A stretch of 64,000 nucleotides of DNA from Dehalococcoidia bacterium. Lineage in GTDB: Bacteria > Chloroflexota > Dehalococcoidia > Plut-88900. Below are positions 1 to 9,358 of the stretch, piece after piece; position 1 is the first letter of the stretch, and each line of letters starts with the position of its first letter. The stretch lies in assembly GCA_965197585.1 (NCBI GenBank), contig OZ240215.1, positions 3,040,001-3,104,000 of the forward strand, written 5' to 3'. The notes below the pieces were generated by a model, which had not been told where the DNA came from, ran no database searches, and was given only the letters and a program-made list of their open reading frames with translations. A program made the position numbers and the translations under genes.

Positions 1-2
1 AG

Positions 3-25
3 CCCTCTCCCATCGAGGGAGAGGG
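3..25. repeat. REP-like palindrome, family A (CCCTCTCCC-ATCGA-GGGAGAGGG)
   Basis: 9-bp perfect stem; related copies at 14910-14936, 27688-27745 and 37529-37567, each after a gene end. Confidence 0.8.
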
Positions 26-40
26 GACCGGCCACCGTGG

Positions 41-799
41 TCAGTTTTCTTCCCCGTACCTGTCCAGGGCCTCGGGGGGGAAGTCGGCGTTGCTGTAGAC
101 CCGTTGGATATCGTCCAGGGACTCCAGCTTGTCCATCAGCCGAAGGGCTTGAAGGGCGCCCTTTTCGTCCAACTCGACTACGTTCTTGGGAATCAGGGAC
201 AGTTCAGCGGAGTCGATTGTGACGTTGTGCCCCTCCAGCTCCTTGCGGACCGACTCCAGGTTCTCGGGCCTGGTATAGACCTCGAGCACTGAGTCCTCGA
301 TCTTCACGTCGTCCGCCCCCGCGTCGATGGCCGTAAGGGCCACCTCCTCGGGGTCTTCCGATCCCGGTGCGATCATGATCACGCCCTTGGAGTCGAAGTT
401 CCAGGCAACGGAGCCCGTCTCCCCCAGGTTGCCGCCGTTGCGGGTGAGGGTGCTGCGGACCTCCGCCACGGTGCGGTTCTTGTTGTCCGTGACGGCCTGG
501 AGCATCAGGGCAGCGCCGCCGGGGCCGTAACCTTCGTAGGTCACTTCCAGCAGGTCTTCGGCGTTGCCCCCGTCACCCGCGGCCTTCTTGATGGCCCGGT
601 CTATGTTGTCCAGGGGCATATTGCTGTCTCGTGCCCTCTGGACAGCTAGCCGCAGGCTGAAGTTGGTGTCTGCGTCGGGCCCCCCCCGACGCACCGCAAC
701 GGATATCTCCCGGCCCAATTTGGTGAAGAGTTGACCGCGGCGGGCGTCGTTAGCGCCCTTCTGCCTTTTGATGGTGGACCATTTGGAGTGTCCCGACAT
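41..799 (-). CDS. yebC: YebC/PmpR family protein
   Basis: MSGHSKWSTIKRQKGAND start and YEGYGPGG motif; start trimmed to ATG 799. Confidence 0.95.
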   Translation of the reverse strand: MSGHSKWSTIKRQKGANDARRGQLFTKLGREISVAVRRGGPDADTNFSLRLAVQRARDSNMPLDNIDRAIKKAAGDGGNAEDLLEVTYEGYGPGGAALMLQAVTDNKNRTVAEVRSTLTRNGGNLGETGSVAWNFDSKGVIMIAPGSEDPEEVALTAIDAGADDVKIEDSVLEVYTRPENLESVRKELEGHNVTIDSAELSLIPKNVVELDEKGALQALRLMDKLESLDDIQRVYSNADFPPEALDRYGEEN

Positions 800-878
800 G
801 GCGTTTAACTCCCTGAAGATTCCCGAAACCAACGACGCTTCGGAACTTTATTATAGCGGATGAGAGCGGCGTCGCGGC

Positions 879-1397
879 TCAGAGCAGTTCCGCATCCTCC
901 ACGACCATCCGACCGGCTTCCAGGTCGATCTTCGAGACGAACTGCGGCAGGGCAGGGACCAGGCGCTCGCCCCCCGACCCCTTTATAAGATAGACGTCGT
1001 TCCCGCCCGTTTCCAGCACGTCGGTCACCCGGCCCACCTCGTCGCCGTCCCTGGTGATGGCCAGCAGGCCGATTACCTGGAAACGGTAATACTCACCCTC
1101 GGGGAGTGGGTGGAGGTCGGACTCAGGGACGTGCAGGGCGCAGTCACGCAGGGCCTCGGCTTGCTCCGGGGTGTCGACACCTTTCAGCTTAAGCACCCAG
1201 CGGCCCTTGTGGGGCTGGCTTGCCGAGATTTCGAAGGACCGGGCCTCGATGAGGATGGCGCCGCCCGGCGCGAAACGTTCGGGGAAGTCCGTTAAGGGGT
1301 GGATGACGATCTGGCCCCTCAGTCCGAAGGGCTTAATTACACGCCCGACCGTAATGAGGCCGGGGGATTCTTGTTCAGGTTGGGACTCGGGTTCCAT
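879..1397 (-). CDS. rimM: Ribosome maturation factor RimM
   Basis: VGRVIKPFGLRG, LPEGEYY, ETGGNDVY; lies in rpsP-khpA-rimM cluster. Confidence 0.95.
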   Translation of the reverse strand: MEPESQPEQESPGLITVGRVIKPFGLRGQIVIHPLTDFPERFAPGGAILIEARSFEISASQPHKGRWVLKLKGVDTPEQAEALRDCALHVPESDLHPLPEGEYYRFQVIGLLAITRDGDEVGRVTDVLETGGNDVYLIKGSGGERLVPALPQFVSKIDLEAGRMVVEDAELL

Positions 1398-1424
1398 GGT
1401 GCAGGAAGCCCGTGAATAGAGCTG

Positions 1425-1652
1425 CTATACGATCTCGAGGACTGCCCTGACCCCGCGCTTGGCCGCGCCAACGCGAAGCAGAGTTCTCATCGCCTGGGCA
1501 ACCCGGCCTTCTCGACCGATAACCTTGCCCTTGTCGTCGGGGGCGACTTCCAGCCGGATGATTATCCGGTCGTCCTCTTCCTCCTCGGTCACCACCACGT
1601 CGTCCGGGGAGTCGGCGATGAACCGGGCGAGGTATTCGATCAGCTCTTTCAC
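1425..1652 (-). CDS. khpA: KH-domain RNA-binding protein KhpA
   Basis: [20 protein letters not shown]; between rpsP and rimM. Confidence 0.92.
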   Translation of the reverse strand: MKELIEYLARFIADSPDDVVVTEEEEDDRIIIRLEVAPDDKGKVIGREGRVAQAMRTLLRVGAAKRGVRAVLEIV

Positions 1653-1906
1653 CCTTCCTTCACCTTTTCCAAGGTGCCCGCCCTCTTCAGGAGCTTGGCG
1701 ACGCTATCCGTGGGCTGCGCACCCTTCCTGAGCCAACCGATGGCCTTCTCTTCATCGATGGTGAGAGCAGGCGGGTCGGGGATGGGATCATAGTGGCCGA
1801 TGTTCTCGACGTACCGACCGTCCCTGGGGGAACGGGAATCGGCGACGACAACCCTGTACTTGGGGTTCTGCTTGGACCCGACACGACGGAGCCTGATTTT
1901 TAGCAT
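1649..1906 (-). CDS. rpsP: 30S ribosomal protein S16
   Basis: [10 protein letters not shown]...[15 protein letters not shown]...GAQPTD. Confidence 0.98.
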   Translation of the reverse strand: MLKIRLRRVGSKQNPKYRVVVADSRSPRDGRYVENIGHYDPIPDPPALTIDEEKAIGWLRKGAQPTDSVAKLLKRAGTLEKVKEG

Positions 1907-2149
1907 TTATTGCTTTTTCCAGTCGTAGACGGAGCGCGCCTACACGGTGGAGGCGGCCCGAACGCTTTGTTTGGTAGAATTGCAGCGAATTTTAGCTTTG
2001 CAAGGCTGTCATTGTCAAACTAAGGAATGGCAGCTTTCCACGGTCGCGCAGGAACTTTCCCCTTGTCAACAATGAGGGGGTTGAGTATCAGTGCTCCAGA
2101 TGCACCATGAAGAATAATGCATGTCCCCACAATCACAGTGCAAGAACAC

Positions 2150-2181
2150 TTGACTAATGGTGTCACCTCAGACACCATTAG
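2150..2181 (+). promoter_or_regulatory. hicAB promoter with operator palindrome
   Basis: TTGACT at 2150; 11-bp inverted repeat CTAATGGTGTC-N6-GACACCATTAG (2154-2181) ends 3 nt before the hicA ATG. Confidence 0.75.
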
Positions 2182-2184
2182 CGG

Positions 2185-2445
2185 ATGAGGAAAAGGCACC
2201 AGCGGACGCTTGAGCGCATCCTTGCAAGGCCGACACCGGCTGGCATTCACTGGGCCGAGATCGAGGCGCTATTGGTGGCGCTGGGGATAACAATACAGGA
2301 GCGGGCAGGGTCCAGGGTACATCTGGTCAAGGACGGGGAGTCAATGGTAGTCCACCGGCCACATCCCCGTCCTGAGACTAGCCGAGAAACGGTGCGCGAC
2401 ATCGCTGCGTTTCTTGAACGCGTTGGGGGGATTACTGATGCTTGA
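2185..2445 (+). CDS. hicA: HicA family toxin
   Basis: IxWAEIEALL, GSRV, HRPHP motifs; overlaps hicB start. Confidence 0.9.
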   Translation: MRKRHQRTLERILARPTPAGIHWAEIEALLVALGITIQERAGSRVHLVKDGESMVVHRPHPRPETSRETVRDIAAFLERVGGITDA

Positions 2446-2776
2446 ATACAAGGGCTACGTAGGAGAAGTCGTATACGATGACGATGCGGGGGTCCTACAT
2501 GCCAGGGTAATTAACAGCGGCTCCTATCCGATAGCCAATGCCGAGGCCCCCGATGCGGAGGGGATCAGGCGGGAGTTCAGAATCTCCATTGACGAGTACC
2601 TCGCTTCTTGCGAAGAGCTGGGTATTGAGGCGGTCAGACCCTTTTCAGGAGATCTTCGACTACGTCTGGGCTCTGAGCTCCACCGGCGGGCCTCTGTGGC
2701 AGCCATGGAAGCCGGTGTGAGCCTTAACGCCTGGATTAAACGGGCCGTCGAGACTGCAACCAAGGGAAGAAACTAG
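2438..2776 (+). CDS. hicB: HicB family antitoxin
   Basis: MLEYKGY...SIDEYL...RPFSGxLRLRL...ELH...SLNAWI. Confidence 0.9.
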   Translation: MLEYKGYVGEVVYDDDAGVLHARVINSGSYPIANAEAPDAEGIRREFRISIDEYLASCEELGIEAVRPFSGDLRLRLGSELHRRASVAAMEAGVSLNAWIKRAVETATKGRN

Positions 2777-2930
2777 CGAAGGACTGGATTCAGGATATGG
2801 AGGCCGAAGCTCGGGCTGGTCTTGGCCAGGCGCGCTCCCCTTGTCAACGTGGAAGGTGTTAGTTAGAGTAGCGAGACTCAAGGCCCGATTTGCATAGAGG
2901 CTCCAGCCCGGAGCCCGGGAGGTTGCTCAG

Positions 2931-3326
2931 TTGTCCATTACACTTTCAGAAGCCGAAACTGTCCTCGCCGCCGCGAAGGCGGAGGCCCGCAGCATGGGCG
3001 TTACCATCAGCGCGACCGTGGTGGACGCGAGGGGAGACTTCAAAGCCGGGTTCCGCATGGATGGCGTCGGGTGGTTTACCGCCGACGTCTGCAGGGGCAA
3101 GGCATTCGCCTCGGCCAACTTTGGCGTCCCCACCACCGACCTGGCGGAGCTGGCCGGTAATCCGGTATTTCAGAGCCTGGTAGCCATGCAGGGGGGCCGC
3201 ATGGTCCTTGGTAAGGGCGCAGTGCCCATCAAGAAGGGCGACGATGTGATCGGGGCCATAGGTGTGAGCGGCGGTACGGCCCAGGAAGACGAAGACATCG
3301 CCATTGTCGGGGCCCGGGCCATTTAG
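2931..3326 (+). CDS. GlcG/HbpS family heme-binding protein
   Basis: TVVDARG, RMDG, KAFASA, GAIGVSGG, EDEDIA; GGAGG RBS before TTG. Confidence 0.85.
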   Translation: MSITLSEAETVLAAAKAEARSMGVTISATVVDARGDFKAGFRMDGVGWFTADVCRGKAFASANFGVPTTDLAELAGNPVFQSLVAMQGGRMVLGKGAVPIKKGDDVIGAIGVSGGTAQEDEDIAIVGARAI

Positions 3327-3358
3327 CGCCCGCACATATATTTAGCGCCCGCACATAT
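3321..3358. repeat. 19-bp perfect tandem duplication
   Basis: ATTTAGCGCCCGCACATAT at 3321-3339 and 3340-3358. Confidence 0.9.
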
Positions 3359-3403
3359 TAAGAAGACCCGCGAATATCGACGCAAGAACGGGAGCATACA
3401 GAC

Positions 3404-4558
3404 ATGGACTACGGCAAGATGGCCGTCGACCTGCACAGGAAGACCCGCGGCAAGATAAGCATGCACTCCAAGGTCCCGCTGGAGTCGGTGCTGGACATGT
3501 CCCTCGCCTACACCCCGGGCGTCGCCCAGGTGAGCCTGGACGTGGCCGCAGACAGGGCCCAAGCCTACGAGCTGACCAACAAGGGCAACATGGTCGCAGT
3601 GGTCAGCGACGGCTCCGCCGTGCTCGGGCTTGGCAACATCGGGCCCGAGGGTGCGATGCCCGTCATGGAGGGCAAGGCGGTCCTGTTCCGCGAACTGGCG
3701 GGCATCGACGCCTGGCCCATCTGCCTCGCCACCCAGGACGCGGACGAGATCATCATGATCGTGCGGAACCTCGCCCCTACCTTCGGCGGCATCAACCTCG
3801 AGGACATCTCGGCGCCCCGCTGCTTCTATATCGAAGAGAACCTGATGGACATCGGAATCCCGGTGTTTCATGACGACCAGCACGGCACCGCCGTCGTCGT
3901 CCTGGCAGCGGTGATCAATGCGCTGCAGGTGGTCGGCAAGAGGTTTGAGGACGTGAAGGTGGTATTCAGCGGCGCCGGCGCAAGCGGCATCGCATGTGCC
4001 CAGATCCTGCAGGAGATGGGCACCACCGACATCGTGCTGGTCGACTCCCGCGGCGCCATCTACAAGGGCCGGGACAACCTCAACTCCATGAAAGAAAAGA
4101 TCGCCGATACCACGAACTTCGGCCAGGAAAAGGGGTCGGTGCACGACGTCATCAAGGGCGCCGACATGTTCATCGGCCTTTCCACCAAGGACCTGATTGA
4201 CGCTGACGACGTGCGGAACATGAACAGCGACGCCATCGTCCTGGCCATGGCCAACCCCGACCCCGAAATCATGCCCGACGAGGCCGAGCGCGGCGGCGCA
4301 AAGGTGATCGGCACCGGCCGGAGCGACCTGCAAAACCAGGTCAACAACGTGCTGGGATTCCCCGGCATCTTCCGCGGCGCCCTCGACGCCCGGGCCGAAC
4401 GGGTGACTATGGGCATGAAGATAGCCGCAGGTCATGCGATAGCCAGGGTCATAGAAGAGCCCACGCCGGAGGAGATCATCCCTTACGCGCTGAACACCGC
4501 GGTGGTGCCGGCAGTGGCGGAGGCGGTGGCGCAGGCCTGGCGGGCTGAGTCTTCCTAG
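3404..4558 (+). CDS. NAD(P)-dependent malic enzyme
   Basis: SLAYTPGVA, AVLGLGNIG, GGINLEDI, FHDDQHGTA, NNVLGFPGIFRGALD. Confidence 0.95.
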   Translation: MDYGKMAVDLHRKTRGKISMHSKVPLESVLDMSLAYTPGVAQVSLDVAADRAQAYELTNKGNMVAVVSDGSAVLGLGNIGPEGAMPVMEGKAVLFRELAGIDAWPICLATQDADEIIMIVRNLAPTFGGINLEDISAPRCFYIEENLMDIGIPVFHDDQHGTAVVVLAAVINALQVVGKRFEDVKVVFSGAGASGIACAQILQEMGTTDIVLVDSRGAIYKGRDNLNSMKEKIADTTNFGQEKGSVHDVIKGADMFIGLSTKDLIDADDVRNMNSDAIVLAMANPDPEIMPDEAERGGAKVIGTGRSDLQNQVNNVLGFPGIFRGALDARAERVTMGMKIAAGHAIARVIEEPTPEEIIPYALNTAVVPAVAEAVAQAWRAESS

Positions 4559-4581
4559 CCCACCAATTTAACATTCGCGAT

Positions 4582-4618
4582 AAGGCTCGGCCCTTGTATG
4601 GGCCGGGCCTTTCCTTTG
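4582..4618 (+). terminator. Intrinsic terminator
   Basis: AAGGCTCGGCCC-loop-GGGCCGGGCCTT followed by a T-rich tract, after the malic enzyme gene. Confidence 0.7.
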
Positions 4619-4746
4619 GTGGAAGCGTCACCCTGTTCCCACACTATCCGTAAATCCTGAAAGAGCAACTCGCGGGCTCTCGGAAGCGGACTTTCTCGGC
4701 GGGAGCCCCTCCCCAAATCTCCCCCAAAACCCGTCCCGCAACCCCC

Positions 4747-4817
4747 TTGACATGCTTTGTGAAAGATATTACAGTCTCATATGTACGTCATTATAAGACA
4801 TACATATGTCTTTATAA
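4747..4817 (+). promoter_or_regulatory. Sigma70-type promoter plus palindromic operator candidate
   Basis: TTGACA (4747)-17 bp-TACAGT (4770); AAGACATA-CA-TATGTCTT (4795-4812) in an AT-rich leader. Confidence 0.65.
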
Positions 4818-4890
4818 ATACGCAAGCATACAAATATACTAGTAGCGACGTAATACCAAGCTCGTATGTGGCGGATGGGATGATATAAAC

Positions 4891-5610
4891 TTGAGATCAT
4901 CGAATGGCGTTCAGGACCTGGAACGAGACCCCCTTACCGGGCTCTATACCCGAGCCTCGGCCAACCGCATCGTCAAGATCGGCATCGAGGAAGCGCAGGG
5001 CGACGAGGGTGTCATTTCGGTGGCCCTCCTCGACATCGACCGATTCGAGCACTTCGATGAAGAGCACGGCCTCTCTGCCGGGGACGCCCTCTTAAAGTCG
5101 GTCTCCGAAATCATTCTCGCCGCCGAGACCGGCGCCGACGCCATATCACGATACAGCAGGGACACCTTCCTGCTCGTCTTCCCCGGCAGGGGCCCCGAGG
5201 ACGCCCTTCTCGCAGCCGAGAAGGTCCGCTCCTTCTTCGACACCAACCCGCTTATTCTCGGGCACCAGGATGAACCCCTGGAGGTCAAGGTCTCCCTGAG
5301 CAGCGGCGTCGCATCCTACCCCAACCAGGCCCACGACGACAGGGACCTGCTCCGCAAGGCCCAGGGCGCGCTCGTCCGTGCCAAAGAGACGGGCCGGGGG
5401 CGCACCAATCTGTGGCAGCGCTCCAAGGAGACCCGCATGGCCCTCAAGACCAGCTATTACGCCCAGACCCAGCTCGACCAGCTTTCCGAACTGGCCGACG
5501 AGCTGTCCAGAAGTGAGGCGTCGCTGCTCCGGGAGGCCATGGACGACCTGCTCTGGAAGTTCTACAGCCTGCGAGTCCGGCCCCCCGAAGAACCCAGGGG
5601 CAAGAAGTAG
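4891..5610 (+). CDS. Degenerate GGDEF domain with C-terminal ribbon-helix-helix domain
   Basis: DPLTGLY, LDIDRF, GDALL, SSGVA, AKETGR; GGDEF replaced by SRDTF; C-terminal KTSYY..QLDQLSELADELSRSEASLLREAMDDLL. Confidence 0.8.
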   Translation: MRSSNGVQDLERDPLTGLYTRASANRIVKIGIEEAQGDEGVISVALLDIDRFEHFDEEHGLSAGDALLKSVSEIILAAETGADAISRYSRDTFLLVFPGRGPEDALLAAEKVRSFFDTNPLILGHQDEPLEVKVSLSSGVASYPNQAHDDRDLLRKAQGALVRAKETGRGRTNLWQRSKETRMALKTSYYAQTQLDQLSELADELSRSEASLLREAMDDLLWKFYSLRVRPPEEPRGKK

Positions 5611-5653
5611 GTTGTTCCAAACCTGAGATCGAACATTTTAGGAGGTTTCAAAA

Positions 5654-6637
5654 TTGGAAAAGTTCGTTAAAGCCATGCCTAAGCGGCGCCTTACCGCTGT
5701 GCTGCTGGCAGGCCTGTTGCTTGTTGCAGCGGCAGCAGCATGTGGTAGTAAAGACGCCACTTCGCCCAGCGGGGACGCCACGACGGAAGAGCTGAGCGGC
5801 ACAATCGAAATCGACGGATCAAGCACCGTCTTCCCAGTGACTGCTGCAGTAGCGGAAGAGTTCAGGAAAGAGCACGGCGGTGTGCAGGTCAACGTCGGAT
5901 TTTCGGGCACGGGCGGCGGGTTCAAGCGCTTCACCGCAGGTGAGACGGTGATAAGCGATGCGTCGAGGCCAATCCTTGAGGAAGAGGCGGAAGCCGCGGA
6001 AGCCAACGGAATTGAATACATAGAGCTCAGGGTCGGGACGGACGGCATATCCGTTGTGGTCAGCCCGCAAAACGACTTTGTGGAGTGCCTGTCGATCGAC
6101 CAACTCCACGAGATCTGGAAGCCTGAGAGCACGGTATCCAAGTGGAATGAAATCAACCCTGACTGGCCCGACAATGACTTCAACCTGTACGGCCCGGGCA
6201 CCGACTCCGGCACTTTCGACTACTTCACCGAAGAGGTGAACGGAGAGACCAAGGTTAGCAGGGCGGACTACACCGCCAGCGAGGACGACAACGTCCTGGT
6301 ACGCGGCATAGCGGGCGACCGCAACGCTCTCGGTTACTTCGGCTACGCTTACTATGCCGAGAACACCGACAAGCTGAAGGTCATCGGCGTCGACAACGGC
6401 GACGGCTGTGTCGTCCCCTCCACCGAGACAATCGAGGACGGCAGCTACAACCCGCTGTCCAGGCCGCTGTTCATCTACGTTTCGGTTGAAGAGTTGAAGA
6501 CCAGGCCCGAGGTTGCAGGATTTGTCGACTTCTTCCTGGACAACGCTCCGACCCTGGTAAGGGAAGTCGGCTACATCCCCGAAGCCCCCTCCGTCTACGA
6601 CGAGGGTCGGGCCCAGGTGGCAGCTGCCAAACAGTAA
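5654..6637 (+). CDS. pstS: Phosphate ABC transporter substrate-binding lipoprotein
   Basis: AAAC lipobox, IDGSSTVFP, SGTGGGFKRF, DSGTFDYF, YNPLSRPLFIYV. Confidence 0.95.
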   Translation: MEKFVKAMPKRRLTAVLLAGLLLVAAAAACGSKDATSPSGDATTEELSGTIEIDGSSTVFPVTAAVAEEFRKEHGGVQVNVGFSGTGGGFKRFTAGETVISDASRPILEEEAEAAEANGIEYIELRVGTDGISVVVSPQNDFVECLSIDQLHEIWKPESTVSKWNEINPDWPDNDFNLYGPGTDSGTFDYFTEEVNGETKVSRADYTASEDDNVLVRGIAGDRNALGYFGYAYYAENTDKLKVIGVDNGDGCVVPSTETIEDGSYNPLSRPLFIYVSVEELKTRPEVAGFVDFFLDNAPTLVREVGYIPEAPSVYDEGRAQVAAAKQ

Positions 6638-6712
6638 GCCATAAACAAGACAACTACCTAATTTCCCTCATTCCTCCCAAACAATTAGGGAAAGGCCCAC
6701 AAAGCTCTTATA

Positions 6713-7681
6713 ATGAAGAACTCGATCGTTGAGACAGGGGAGCCCACGATCCCTTCAAAGACAGAGACCCGAGCCCCTATGCGGGTCAAAGATAAGCGGC
6801 GCCGGTGGCGGGACCTGGAAGGCAACGCCGTCCGGTATATCTTCTTCCTCTGCGCCCTGGTATCGATTGTAACCACGGTCGGCATAGTCGTTAGTCTGCT
6901 GAGCCAGGCCGTGGGATTCTTCCAGGAAGTCCCATTCTGGGAGTTCTTCTTCGGCACCCGCTGGACTCCCATCCTGAAACCCAACTCTTACGGTGTCCTA
7001 CCCTTGGTCGGCGGCACGCTCTTGGTTGCCGGGTTGGCCCTTGCGGTGGCCATCCCGGTCGGGCTCGCCATAGCAATCTTCCTGGCCGAATACGCCCCCG
7101 ACAAATTGAGAAGGGCCATCAAACCCGCCCTAGAAATCCTCGCAGGGATCCCCACCGTCGTATACGGCTATTTTGCACTGACCTGGGTATCTCCCCAGCT
7201 ACAGAACATATTCCCCAACATGCTGATCTTCAACGCCCTGAGTGCGGGCGTGGTAATGGGCATAATGGTCATCCCCATGGTCTCGTCCCTGAGCGAAGAC
7301 GCCATGCTCGCCGTGCCCCGGTCCCTCCGGGAAGGGGCTTACGCCCTGGGGGCGACGAAGCTGGAAGTATCGCTCAAGGTGGTGGTTCCGGCGGCGTTGT
7401 CGGGGATCGTGGCGGCGTTTATCCTGGGGCTTTCGCGGGCTATCGGTGAGACGATGCTCGTGACCATTGCCGCAGGGGCCACTCCGAACCTGACGTGGAA
7501 CCCCACAGAGAGCATCCAGGCCATGACAGCCTACATCGTCCAGCTAGCCCTCGGGGAAGCGCCGCACGGCTCAATCGAATATCAGACCATCTTCGCCGTG
7601 GCGATACTGCTGTTCGTGCTTACGTTGTCGGCCAATATGCTGGGCCACTGGTTTGTCCGCAGGTGGCAGGAGAAGTATTGA
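6713..7681 (+). CDS. pstC: Phosphate ABC transporter permease
   Basis: [32 protein letters not shown]; start may be downstream. Confidence 0.95.
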   Translation: MKNSIVETGEPTIPSKTETRAPMRVKDKRRRWRDLEGNAVRYIFFLCALVSIVTTVGIVVSLLSQAVGFFQEVPFWEFFFGTRWTPILKPNSYGVLPLVGGTLLVAGLALAVAIPVGLAIAIFLAEYAPDKLRRAIKPALEILAGIPTVVYGYFALTWVSPQLQNIFPNMLIFNALSAGVVMGIMVIPMVSSLSEDAMLAVPRSLREGAYALGATKLEVSLKVVVPAALSGIVAAFILGLSRAIGETMLVTIAAGATPNLTWNPTESIQAMTAYIVQLALGEAPHGSIEYQTIFAVAILLFVLTLSANMLGHWFVRRWQEKY

Positions 7682-8565
7682 TGCAGCGGACAACCGGCGG
7701 CTCCTTTGATCCACGTCTGGCCTTCCGCAAGGCCGTAGGCACCGGATTCCTTGGCCTCTTCATCCTGGCCCTGCTTGTCGGCCTGTCCGGCCTTGTTATC
7801 TTAATTATCCAGGTGCTCATCGAAGGCGTCCCCTGGCTCAGTTGGACTCTCCTGTCCAGCTACCAGTCCCGCTTCCCAGACCAAGCAGGTGTCCTGGCTC
7901 CCCTTATCGGCAGCCTGTGGCTTATGGCGCTCACGGCGGCGTTCACCGTCCCGGTGGGTGTCGGGGCGGCGGTCTACCTGGAGGAATACGCTCCCAAGAA
8001 CCGGTTGACACAACTCATTGAGATCAACATCTCCAACCTGGCTGGGGTCCCGTCAATCGTGTACGGACTTCTGGGCCTGGCCGTGTTCGTGCAGTGGATG
8101 GCGATGGGTCGGTCTCTGCTGGCGGGGGGGCTCACCCTCTCCCTTCTCGTGCTCCCCATTGTGATTCTCACGTCCAGGGAGGCCATAAGGTCCGTGCCCC
8201 AGAGCTACCGGCAGGGGGCCTACGCCCTGGGCTCGACCCAGTGGGAGGTCACCAAAAAGATCGTTCTGCCTTCCGCCTTCCCTGGAATACTCACCGGTGT
8301 CATACTGGCAATGTCCCGGGCCATTGGGGAGGCTGCGCCGATACTGGCGATAACCGCCCTGGTCTACGTGACCTTCGTACCGACAAATCCCCTGGACAGG
8401 TTCACCATCCTGCCCCTCCAGATCTTCGACTGGGTTGGCAGACCGCAGGAAGACTTCCAGTCCTTGGCCGCCGCCGGAATCATCATCCTACTGGCCATGC
8501 TCCTGTCCATGAATGCATTGGCTATCTTTCTTCGCAACAAGTATCAAAAGAGGTCGGAGGAATAG
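7681..8565 (+). CDS. pstA: Phosphate ABC transporter permease
   Basis: [23 protein letters not shown]; ATG overlaps the pstC TGA. Confidence 0.95.
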   Translation: MQRTTGGSFDPRLAFRKAVGTGFLGLFILALLVGLSGLVILIIQVLIEGVPWLSWTLLSSYQSRFPDQAGVLAPLIGSLWLMALTAAFTVPVGVGAAVYLEEYAPKNRLTQLIEINISNLAGVPSIVYGLLGLAVFVQWMAMGRSLLAGGLTLSLLVLPIVILTSREAIRSVPQSYRQGAYALGSTQWEVTKKIVLPSAFPGILTGVILAMSRAIGEAAPILAITALVYVTFVPTNPLDRFTILPLQIFDWVGRPQEDFQSLAAAGIIILLAMLLSMNALAIFLRNKYQKRSEE

Positions 8566-8566
8566 A

Positions 8567-9340
8567 ATGGCGGAGTCGGATGTCATCCTCGAAGCCCGGG
8601 ACCTGCACATTTGGTACGGGTCATTTCGGGCAGTCAAGGACGTGACTATGGGCATCGAACAGAACAAGGTCACCGCGCTCATCGGTCCCTCCGGCTGTGG
8701 GAAGAGCACCCTGCTTAGATGCTTCAACCGAATGAACGAACTTGTACCCGGAGCCCATATCGACGGTGAGGTCCTGTATCACGATGAGGATATTTACGCC
8801 GACTACATGGACGCCACCGAGATCCGGTCCAAGATCGGCATGGTATTCCAGAAGCCCAACCCCTTCCCCAAGTCCATCTACCAGAACGTTTCCTTCGGCC
8901 TGCGAATCAATGGGTACAAGGGAGACGAGTACGCCGCCGTCGAGCAGGCCCTTCGCAGAGCGGCCCTCTGGAACGAGGTGAAGGAGCGGCTAAACGAGGG
9001 CGCCTTGACCCTTTCCGGGGGCCAGCAGCAGCGTCTCTGCATCGCCAGGGCCCTCGCCGTAGAGCCCGAGGTCCTGCTCATGGACGAGCCATGCTCAGCC
9101 CTCGACCCCATAGCCACCCTCGCCATCGAAGACCTTATCCGGGAACTCTCCACCGAGATCACCATTGTCATAGTCACCCACAACATGCAGCAGGCGGCAC
9201 GGGTCTCCGACCAGACCGCCTTCCTGATGATGGGCGATGACCGTGCCGGCTACCTCGTCGAGCGCGGGGCCACCAACGATATCTTCACCAACCCCAAAGA
9301 AGAGAGAACCGAGGCCTACATAACCGGCAGATTCAGCTAG
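8567..9340 (+). CDS. pstB: Phosphate ABC transporter ATPase
   Basis: [42 protein letters not shown]. Confidence 0.97.
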   Translation: MAESDVILEARDLHIWYGSFRAVKDVTMGIEQNKVTALIGPSGCGKSTLLRCFNRMNELVPGAHIDGEVLYHDEDIYADYMDATEIRSKIGMVFQKPNPFPKSIYQNVSFGLRINGYKGDEYAAVEQALRRAALWNEVKERLNEGALTLSGGQQQRLCIARALAVEPEVLLMDEPCSALDPIATLAIEDLIRELSTEITIVIVTHNMQQAARVSDQTAFLMMGDDRAGYLVERGATNDIFTNPKEERTEAYITGRFS

Positions 9341-9358
9341 CGTTACAGGCGGTACCCG

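Noticed and set aside
4620-4740. c-di-GMP riboswitch before the GGDEF gene
   Set aside because: A hairpin is present but lacks riboswitch consensus and lies upstream of the predicted promoter
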